DNA of 64,000 nucleotides from Woeseiaceae bacterium (GTDB lineage Bacteria; Pseudomonadota; Gammaproteobacteria; Steroidobacterales; Woeseiaceae). Positions 29,405 through 36,840 of this stretch are shown here, piece by piece (the stretch's first letter is position 1; each line of letters opens with the position of its first letter). The notes below the pieces were generated by a model. That model was not told where the DNA came from and made no database searches. It worked only from the letters and a program-made list of their open reading frames with translations. A program made the position numbers and the translations under genes. The DNA is taken from NCBI GenBank assembly GCA_035344075.1, contig DAORAI010000005.1, positions 1,509-65,508 of the forward strand, given 5' to 3'.

Positions 29405-29453
29405 ACAAGTCCGGTTTTGATCGCGTAGCACGGCAATTATTGAAGGAGTTTTC

Positions 29454-30353
29454 GTGGCGAAGAATCTGATTATCCTGACGTATCATCGCGTGCTGGATGC
29501 GCCAGATGCGTTGCAGCCGGGGGAGATTTCAACGGATTTTTTCGCGGACCAGATGCGATGTTTATCGAGGTATTTCAATGTGTTACCCTTGCTCGACGGG
29601 TGCCGGCAGTTGTCGGGAGGAACCCTGCCTCCACGGGCTGTCAGTATCACCTTTGACGATGGGTATGCTGACAATTATCGAAACGCCTGGCCGGTGCTGA
29701 AGCAGTTCGATCTGCCGGCGACGGTCTTTGTTGCCACCGGGTTTCTTGATGGCGGGCGAATGTGGAATGACACGGTTATTGAGTGTATTCGCAGGATTCC
29801 CGGAACCGAGATTGACTTGCGAGACCTGGGTCTTGGTTGTCATGTAGCGAAAGACGATGCACAGCGGGTTGCTGCCATTCACGACGTGATTCTTCGTCTC
29901 AAGTATCTGGAACCTGGCGTGCGTAACGCCAAAGCGGCGACGCTCGCCGAGAAGGCCAGCAGCCCCGTACCGGACGATCTCATGCTCGAGATACGCCAGG
30001 TGAAAGAGCTGAGTCGGTCGGGAATCGAAATCGGTGCCCACACAATCACGCACCCCATTTTGAGATCGACGGAAATTGGGACGGCCAGGGAAGAAATCGT
30101 TGGTGGAAAAAGACGGCTGGAGGAAATCGTAGGCAGCGACGTTCGTTCGTTCGCCTACCCGAACGGTAAACCCGGCGTTGACTATGATCCCGCGCACGTC
30201 GAACTGGTTAGAGAAGCTGGCTTTGAGTGTGCAGTTTCGACGACTCACGGTGCTGCAACGGCATCCAGCGACATATGGCAACTACCCCGAATCGGGCCGT
30301 GGGCAGAATCAACGTTGCGTTTTGGCCTGCGAACGCTCAGGGCCACGTTTTAG
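29454..30353 (+). CDS. Polysaccharide deacetylase (NodB homology domain)
   Basis: GTG start after GGAG. 'VSITFDDGYADNY' (Asp-Asp motif), 'GAHTITHP' (His motif), 'FAYPNGK'. Confidence 0.8.
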   Translation: MAKNLIILTYHRVLDAPDALQPGEISTDFFADQMRCLSRYFNVLPLLDGCRQLSGGTLPPRAVSITFDDGYADNYRNAWPVLKQFDLPATVFVATGFLDGGRMWNDTVIECIRRIPGTEIDLRDLGLGCHVAKDDAQRVAAIHDVILRLKYLEPGVRNAKAATLAEKASSPVPDDLMLEIRQVKELSRSGIEIGAHTITHPILRSTEIGTAREEIVGGKRRLEEIVGSDVRSFAYPNGKPGVDYDPAHVELVREAGFECAVSTTHGAATASSDIWQLPRIGPWAESTLRFGLRTLRATF

Positions 30354-30372
30354 GCCGATTGCCAAACGGCAA

Positions 30373-31554
30373 TTAGTGCTGATAGCGAAAAAACCAGGTT
30401 GCATGGCGACCGTCCTCGGACGCATGCAGCCAAAAGCCATTGTTAACGGGATCGTATCTGAATCGACCAAAAACATAGCTGCTATCCGTTGGTCGCACGT
30501 CGGGGCGAATGGTTTCCCACTGCTCGGCAGATACGTCGTAGATCCAGATGGTGCCGCCGAAGTAGACTGCCAGAACATCATTCTTCGTGTCGTAAGCCAA
30601 TCCCGGGCCGTTGTTGGATTCCCCATTCGGGCCACTGCCTTTCGGCTGCAAAGATTGCCATCGACGACCGGGGATGTCGAATTCCCATAGAGTATGGTTG
30701 ACCTCGTAATTGCCGCCAAAGTAATACAGCTTGCTGTGTGTGGGATCGTACTCAAGCGTGCCTTCAATGCTCCACGGCGGATTACCTCGCGTTGAAAGTT
30801 TCCGCCAGGTGTTTTTCTTTGGGTCATACGACCAGGTTTCCTGCAACACTTTGGCAAACAGGATCCCATCGCGACTGGAATATGCTGACGCACCGGACCC
30901 GGCAACCTCATTTGGGGATGGGTTTTTGCCGTTGTATAGAAAGGTCCATGCTGCATCGGCGAAATTGAATACCCAGGTATCCATGCAGCGGTTACACCAT
31001 GGTGTTTGCGAGTCACCCCACGTGTAGCCGCCCCATGCCACGGCGCCGTAGCCGTTGACGTACTCCAGTTGATCATAGGAATGGCGTGACATTGGTCTTG
31101 CGTCGGCGATTCCTTCGCCGGCTGGATGGAATAGTGCACCCGGGTAGTTTTCATTGTCATAGTTATTATACGCGCCCTGGTCAGCGCCGTTATACGGCGG
31201 ATCAGTCACCACGTCGGCCGGATACATTTCACGCCATTTCAATGCAGCGATATCGAAGCACCAGACTTCATTGCCCGAATAGTTATAGTGTCCGCCACCG
31301 AATATGCAGAACTGGTGCGCGTCGGGGTCGTACCACCCACCGGAGTACGCCAAAATACCGAGCGGCGCCGTAACGCCTCCCAGGTCCACGAGCATCCACT
31401 TCCTGTCAGGAAGGTCATTAAGAAGGTCTGTTGGCCGATGTTCTGCAACGGCCGGCCCGACGTTCGTGAGCAGCAGCAGCACGGTCCATATCGTGAACCG
31501 GTAACTGATCAGAGTCTTGCTGTTAATGGTCGCCAACTTCGTAGTGAATCGCAT
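30373..31554 (-). CDS. Secreted beta-propeller (Kelch-like) protein
   Basis: Signal peptide '...WTVLLLLTNVGPAVA'. Repeated W/Y-containing blades. Motifs 'AYSGG', 'FGGGHYN' and 'SRHSYDQ' are shared with the N-terminal domain of the 38825-40735 protein. Confidence 0.6.
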   Translation of the reverse strand: MRFTTKLATINSKTLISYRFTIWTVLLLLTNVGPAVAEHRPTDLLNDLPDRKWMLVDLGGVTAPLGILAYSGGWYDPDAHQFCIFGGGHYNYSGNEVWCFDIAALKWREMYPADVVTDPPYNGADQGAYNNYDNENYPGALFHPAGEGIADARPMSRHSYDQLEYVNGYGAVAWGGYTWGDSQTPWCNRCMDTWVFNFADAAWTFLYNGKNPSPNEVAGSGASAYSSRDGILFAKVLQETWSYDPKKNTWRKLSTRGNPPWSIEGTLEYDPTHSKLYYFGGNYEVNHTLWEFDIPGRRWQSLQPKGSGPNGESNNGPGLAYDTKNDVLAVYFGGTIWIYDVSAEQWETIRPDVRPTDSSYVFGRFRYDPVNNGFWLHASEDGRHATWFFRYQH

Positions 31555-33391
31555 GAGCCTTAAACCAAAGTTCCAGAGCCATTAGAACCCAAATAAACTC
31601 GCCATAGTAGTGAGCATTCTCTGAACGATGCAAACGAATCAACTCGTCAAGGTACTCGCGTCGGACAATGTTGCGTTTGCCAATGTCCGAAAGACAATCA
31701 TAGGCGAGTTCCTGCAACGGCTGATGCGATTTCATCCACAAGCCGAATGGCAATCCGAATCCATGCTTGGTCTTGCGAAGGACCTCTCGAGGCAAATAGG
31801 ATCGCATCGAGTGTTTAAAGAAGTGCCGCAGGCGAAATCGGCTAATCTTCATGCCTGCGGGAACGCGATTCGAGAACTCCACGATGTCATCGTCGAGGAA
31901 AGGGAACAGCACGTCTACGCCCGCGAGATCGCACATCGATACAACCTTTCGCAGGTCGTTATCGGCAAGCGTGAACTTCCAGTCAAGTTGTAGCATCCTG
32001 TTGAGCATTGTCGATGCACGTGACGCGAAATACGTTTCCCGTAATGCTTCTACTGGAGACTGCACTCGAATTGAATTCAGAAAATCCGGATGTAATATGT
32101 CGCCAACAGGTGTTCGGTTAAAGTAGTTGTAGGTTTCCAGACGTTCTGGCATAGGCACCTTGGCTTGTTGCACATAACTTTTTAGCTTCCGTGTTGGCAG
32201 GAAGCGGTCGGCGCCCTTCCAACCCAATGCCAATGGCTCGATCACACCGTTTCTGATAATGTGCGGAATTCGATCGTAGATCGAAAAAATTTGTTGGGTT
32301 ACGTAACGCACGTTGCCCCCGAACAATTCGTCTCCGCCGTCACCGCCATACAGGGTTTTAATGCCGTTGCTGCGCGCCATGCGTGCGCAAAAGTACACCG
32401 GAACAACTGATGAATTGCCAAACGGCTCGTCGTACGCCTTCGCAATGTCAGGCAGAATATCGACAACATCCGATGGAGTGACGATGTACTCGTTGTGCTT
32501 TGTTTGAAAATGGTCTGCCGTTATTTTCGCAAAGCTTGTTTCATCGTAGCCTTCCTCCTGAAAGCCGATCGTGAATGTTTTCGCGGGTGGATTCAGTTCC
32601 GACATTACGCCGGATATGGTTGAACTGTCGATCCCACCGCTCAGGAAACATCCGCTGTCTTCATCAGGGGCATGTCTTCGGATCGAGTTGCGCATGAGGT
32701 CATGCAGTTCTTCTTCAAGCAGGCGGCGATCGGCGGGACCGCTGTCAACGAACTCGGGAGACCAGTATTGTCGCTGTGTCAGGTTGCCATCCGCGTAAAC
32801 GATGTACTCACCCGGCCGAAGTTTCTGTTGTTGCTCGAAAATCGATCGAGGGCTGGGAACCATATGAAAATACAGGTAGTCGAATACGGCCTGGTCACTG
32901 ATGCGAGCAGGGAACAGGTTGTCATGATGCAATTGACCTGCGTTGGTTCCGAACACAAGCCCGACCTCTGGACGGCAAGAGAAAAACATCTGTGCGATTC
33001 CCATCCGGTCAATGGCGAGGATGGTGCGCTGTTCGTGGCTGTCGATAAGCGCAAGCGAAAATGTGCCTCGCAAATAACCCAGCATATCGGTGCCGTATCG
33101 GCGACAGGCGCTTGCAATCGATGTGGCGAAGCCTGATTTCCGGCTTTGCTCTTCAAGTTCATCGTTTGCCCAATAGGCTCTGCCGCAAATTGCACCGACA
33201 AGGCCATCGCCACGAATGAGGCATTGTCCTGCCGCGGGCCCGGATATTGCTATTCCGGATGACTCCTGCGCCTCGATGAGTGGTGGCGATGATGCATCCG
33301 TGCCGGGGCGGCCGGACATGCTGCTGAGGCTTTCACGAATGCCCTTTGACGGCGAACTGGTCGTGGCAAGGCCGAGAAACGTGTTTTTCAT
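31523..33391 (-). CDS. Asparagine-synthase-family protein lacking the N-terminal Cys nucleophile
   Basis: The first ATG is at 33391 (the ORF also opens at TTG 33451). PP-loop 'FLSGGIDSSTI' is intact. The glutaminase-like domain is present ('LRGTFSLALIDSHEQRTILAIDRMGIAQMFF'), but no start option gives Met-Cys. Confidence 0.75.
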   Translation of the reverse strand: MKNTFLGLATTSSPSKGIRESLSSMSGRPGTDASSPPLIEAQESSGIAISGPAAGQCLIRGDGLVGAICGRAYWANDELEEQSRKSGFATSIASACRRYGTDMLGYLRGTFSLALIDSHEQRTILAIDRMGIAQMFFSCRPEVGLVFGTNAGQLHHDNLFPARISDQAVFDYLYFHMVPSPRSIFEQQQKLRPGEYIVYADGNLTQRQYWSPEFVDSGPADRRLLEEELHDLMRNSIRRHAPDEDSGCFLSGGIDSSTISGVMSELNPPAKTFTIGFQEEGYDETSFAKITADHFQTKHNEYIVTPSDVVDILPDIAKAYDEPFGNSSVVPVYFCARMARSNGIKTLYGGDGGDELFGGNVRYVTQQIFSIYDRIPHIIRNGVIEPLALGWKGADRFLPTRKLKSYVQQAKVPMPERLETYNYFNRTPVGDILHPDFLNSIRVQSPVEALRETYFASRASTMLNRMLQLDWKFTLADNDLRKVVSMCDLAGVDVLFPFLDDDIVEFSNRVPAGMKISRFRLRHFFKHSMRSYLPREVLRKTKHGFGLPFGLWMKSHQPLQELAYDCLSDIGKRNIVRREYLDELIRLHRSENAHYYGEFIWVLMALELWFKAHAIHYEVGDH

Positions 33392-33804
33392 ATCATCTAA
33401 CCTAAAAAATGCAGTCGAATGCTCCGGCTCGATGCGCAAATTCGCAATCAATTAAGTCACAGATTTGACAATAATGTGATGCGACGAAGGCGATCGGGTT
33501 TGGCTTCCAAATACAGGTTGGTGAGACGTCACCGTGTAAATGGCGTCTCGGGATAGTCCAAGGTTACCGGAAAATCAATGGCTTCAGTGCATTTTCCCAA
33601 ATTGTCTTTAACGATTGAAAAATCGCAGAAGTGTGAACCGGTCGACGTTATTGGAGGCCGCGTCAGCCATAGCGTTCAGCCGATTTTCATGTCTGTATTT
33701 GGAGACAGTTGCAGCATGTTTTTTTTTGTTTATAGTCGTTTTACTGCTTACATAATCGAAGTTGCGCCGAGAACCTTTTAGCGCGTATTTCGAGAAGTGG
33801 ACAG

Positions 33805-33891
33805 CACTGTTTAAAGGCAAACTCATCGAAAGGTGGGGACGCAAAACTACCGGTCTAAGGGAGTCAACCTAAGACGGCGGAGTTGCCAGTG
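33805..33891 (+). promoter_or_regulatory. c-di-GMP class I (GEMM-I) riboswitch aptamer
   Basis: CACTG-tttaaag-GCAAAC[CTCATC-GAAA-GGTGGG]GACGC-AAA-ACT(A)CCG GTCTAAGG-gagtcaa-CCTAAGAC(GG)CGG AGT-tgc-CAGTG. This gives three helices and a GAAA tetraloop. The conserved 'GGCAAAC', 'GGGACGCAAA' and 'GCGGAGTTGCC' strings are near-identical to the V. cholerae Vc2 aptamer as I recall it. Confidence 0.8.
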
Positions 33892-34077
33892 ACGGCCGAT
33901 GCTATCCGTACTTTAACCCGGTGCATCGCCAAGCCTGCCTTCACGTCGTCTAAACAGGATGGTCATAAGCCCACGAGCAGGGCGCTGTCATTCTGTAATG
34001 GAATTGATCGTACTGCCCAATTGGACCGCTTAAGAACAGAACTCAGGCACTGACTTGTGGTTCTCTGGATACACTGG

Positions 34078-36840
34078 ATGCAAAAAATGAAATTGGTGGA
34101 TCTCAAACAACTGGTCTTCTCGTTTAGCGCCATTGTCTGGCTGTTTGCGATTTGTGAATCGGTCAACGCCGCAGACATTGCGTCGGTTTCGATAGATAGC
34201 GAATCGAGCAGCGCCCAGAACAATGTACATGTCACTTTTGGCCACGTCTTCGCTCAGGGCGAGGTCGTGGATCCGGCGGTCCTTGGTGCACGACTGGCGG
34301 GCGGTGCAGTAGTTCCGCTGCAAGTTGATGCCAAAGCAACTCACGCCGACGGCTCGTTGCGACACGCTGTCCTGACAACCGTGCTACCCACCGTCGCTGC
34401 GAATTCGCAGAACGATCTGACACTACAGACGCCGGGCTCAAACGCGACCGGCGCTACAGTTACTCTCGCAAGTTTACTTGCCACGAGTTTTGATTCCGAT
34501 GTATCTGTCAATATTGGTGGCACCGTTTATTCGGCTTCGGCACGAGATTTGCTGAGCAGTGGAACACCCGACAGCTGGTTGTCGGGGCCACTGGTTTCAG
34601 AGTGGCTTGTCGCCGGGCCCATGCGTACGAATGCAGGTTCTCCGCACGCTCATCTAACGGCTCGTTTTCATGTACGTGCCTATGCCGGGCTGGGTGCCGT
34701 TCGTGTGTCGGTTACGCTGGAAAACAACTGGTCGCACGTCAGCGGTCCGCAGAATTTCAACTATGACGCGACGGTCAGCGTGCAGGGTCGTGGCATCGTA
34801 CTGTCGCAAGACAACGTTACTCACTATCGACAGGCGCGATGGCGTCGCGTTTTCTGGTGGGGCGATGAACCGCAGGTCGAAGTTGCGCACGACACCGGTT
34901 ACATGGAGCGTATGGGTGTTGTACCGACCTATGATCCGAGACTTCGCATTCCGCAGAGCGTCCTGAGCGGCATGGCATCGGACTGGAGTGGACGCAAAAC
35001 GGAATTGATGGCTTCCGGGCTTATTTATGAATACATGCCTGACGGTGGAGGGCGGCCAGATATCGCTCCGCTGCCGCGCTGGACAGCCCGATACCTGATG
35101 TCGCAGGACGCCCGGGCAAAAACGGCGGTTCTGGGCACCGGCGAACAAGCGGGCAGTTTCGGCATTCACTATCGCGACAAGGATACGGATCTGCCGATTT
35201 CACTCGATACCTACCCGAACATCAGCATTATGGGCCAGAGCAGCGCGTTCCCGTCATGCGGTGGCAGTTGCAGCACGCCCTATACGCCCGATATTGCGCA
35301 TCAACCATCGATGTCATTCGTTCCCTATCTTGTGACCGGCGACTATTTTCACCTTGAGGAGCTTCAGTTCTGGGCCAACTGGAATTTGTTCTACTGGGGA
35401 AATCATGGCGGAAGCCAGGGCTTGATGGTCAATGACCAGATTCGTGCTCAGGCCTGGGGACTGCGGACGCTTGGACATGCCGCATTTATTACACCCGACA
35501 ACCATCCGCTGAAGGCGTACTTCCTGTCCAAGCTCGACAACAATCTTGACTGGTACGAGAACAACATAGTCAGCAATCCGCCAACTCCGCTCGGTTACCT
35601 GCTGAATACGCCTGATATCGGCCTGGACAATACCTTCGCAACCTGGATGGACGACTTTTTCACCTGGACGGTCGGTCATCTTGTAAACCTTGGATTCGAC
35701 AATGCCGAGGGAATTTTTCAGTACAAGGCACGCTTTCCCGTAGGTCGCATGACCGATCCGGGTTATTGCTGGATTCTTGCACCGACCTACTGGACCCGGG
35801 CACGTGATGCTCAGACGGGCCAGCCTTTTTCCGATTGGACTGACTACAAAGTCGCTGTCGTGCGCTCGTGGGACAGCAGTTCCGTGGGCCCGAGCTTCTC
35901 GTCCTGGACAATTCCGCCAAACATGTCGAGCAGTCAGGAAGACCCACTCATCAATGCGGCCTGCAACAGCAGCGAGATGGCCGATATACTTGGAATGCAG
36001 CGCAGCAACATGATCGGCGGGTCATGGAGTCATGAAGGCTATACGTCGAACATGCAGCCGGCTGTTGCCGTTGCGGCGGAACGACGGGTAACGAATGGCG
36101 AGGCCGCCTGGAACCTGTTTGACAGCCGCGCCGTGGTACCGGATTCAGGTAATTACGATTACAACGTGTCGCCGCAATGGGCAATCGTACCGGGCAATAT
36201 TGACCTCGGTACACCTGGCCCGGGCAACCAGCTGCCAACGGTATCGTTGTCGGCGAATCCGAGATCTATTGCCTCCGGTGGTACGACGACATTGAGCTGG
36301 TCGTCTTCCGACGCGGATTCCTGCCAGGCCTCAGGCGCCTGGAGTGGCAGCAAGTCGTTTTCTGGAACACAGTCAATCGGAGGGCTGACAAGCGACAGCA
36401 CCTTCACGCTGGTTTGCAGCAATTCCCAAGGCAGTGACACGGCAAATGTAACAGTCACGATCCAGGCACCTGGAGCGCCGACAGTTTCGTTTTCGAGCAG
36501 TCTGAGTTCGGTATCTCAGGGCTCCAATGTAACGCTGACCTGGTCATCGCAAAATACCGACTCCTGCTCGGCGTCGGGCGCATGGTCAGGCAACAAGGCG
36601 ACCTCCGGAAGCGAGTCAGTGGGTCCGCTGAGCCAGAACAGCAGTTTCACACTGACCTGTTCGGGTTCCGGAGGTAACGTCAGCGAGAGCCTGAGTGTCA
36701 GCGTCACTGCCACTCCGCCGGATGCGGGCAATCCCGAAGAAGAAGGCGGTGGAGCGATTGGTTACTGGAGTCTGTTGTTTTATCTGTTGGCCGTGTGGCG
36801 TCGCGTACATGGCAGACGGTGTAATGAGGTTTCAGTTTGA
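34078..36840 (+). CDS. Large secreted protein: ~700-aa unassigned (possibly glycan-active) domain + 2 two-Cys Ig-like modules + GlyGly-CTERM-like tail
   Basis: Signal peptide 'MQKMKLVDLKQLVFSFSAIVWLFAICESVNA' (starts at 34057/34078/34087 are possible). The body has no motif I can name. The tail is 'EEEGGGAIGYWSLLFYLLAVWRRVHGRR'. Confidence 0.8.
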   Translation: MQKMKLVDLKQLVFSFSAIVWLFAICESVNAADIASVSIDSESSSAQNNVHVTFGHVFAQGEVVDPAVLGARLAGGAVVPLQVDAKATHADGSLRHAVLTTVLPTVAANSQNDLTLQTPGSNATGATVTLASLLATSFDSDVSVNIGGTVYSASARDLLSSGTPDSWLSGPLVSEWLVAGPMRTNAGSPHAHLTARFHVRAYAGLGAVRVSVTLENNWSHVSGPQNFNYDATVSVQGRGIVLSQDNVTHYRQARWRRVFWWGDEPQVEVAHDTGYMERMGVVPTYDPRLRIPQSVLSGMASDWSGRKTELMASGLIYEYMPDGGGRPDIAPLPRWTARYLMSQDARAKTAVLGTGEQAGSFGIHYRDKDTDLPISLDTYPNISIMGQSSAFPSCGGSCSTPYTPDIAHQPSMSFVPYLVTGDYFHLEELQFWANWNLFYWGNHGGSQGLMVNDQIRAQAWGLRTLGHAAFITPDNHPLKAYFLSKLDNNLDWYENNIVSNPPTPLGYLLNTPDIGLDNTFATWMDDFFTWTVGHLVNLGFDNAEGIFQYKARFPVGRMTDPGYCWILAPTYWTRARDAQTGQPFSDWTDYKVAVVRSWDSSSVGPSFSSWTIPPNMSSSQEDPLINAACNSSEMADILGMQRSNMIGGSWSHEGYTSNMQPAVAVAAERRVTNGEAAWNLFDSRAVVPDSGNYDYNVSPQWAIVPGNIDLGTPGPGNQLPTVSLSANPRSIASGGTTTLSWSSSDADSCQASGAWSGSKSFSGTQSIGGLTSDSTFTLVCSNSQGSDTANVTVTIQAPGAPTVSFSSSLSSVSQGSNVTLTWSSQNTDSCSASGAWSGNKATSGSESVGPLSQNSSFTLTCSGSGGNVSESLSVSVTATPPDAGNPEEEGGGAIGYWSLLFYLLAVWRRVHGRRCNEVSV
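36238..36711 (+). repeat. Coding repeat: two ~80-aa two-Cys Ig-like modules
   Basis: 'TTTLSWSSSDADSCQASGAWSGSKSFSGTQSIGGLTSDSTFTLVCSNSQG' and 'NVTLTWSSQNTDSCSASGAWSGNKATSGSESVGPLSQNSSFTLTCSGSGG'. Confidence 0.8.
36745..36840 (+). other. GlyGly-CTERM-like sorting tail
   Basis: GGG, then hydrophobic 'AIGYWSLLFYLLAVW', then basic 'RRVHGRR'. Confidence 0.6.

Noticed and set aside
31523-33451. Idea that the Cys-less AsnB homologue is a lasso-peptide cyclase.
   Set aside because: There is no adjacent transglutaminase-like leader peptidase, no RRE/PqqD-like gene and no small precursor ORF. The context is entirely polysaccharide biosynthesis.
33578-33781. 67-aa ORF in the AT-rich spacer upstream of the riboswitch (and the antisense 78-aa ORF at 33608-33844).
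   Set aside because: There is no RBS and the composition is odd. The ORF spans the hairpin/T9 element, and the antisense ORF overlaps the riboswitch aptamer. The region is better explained as regulatory DNA/RNA.
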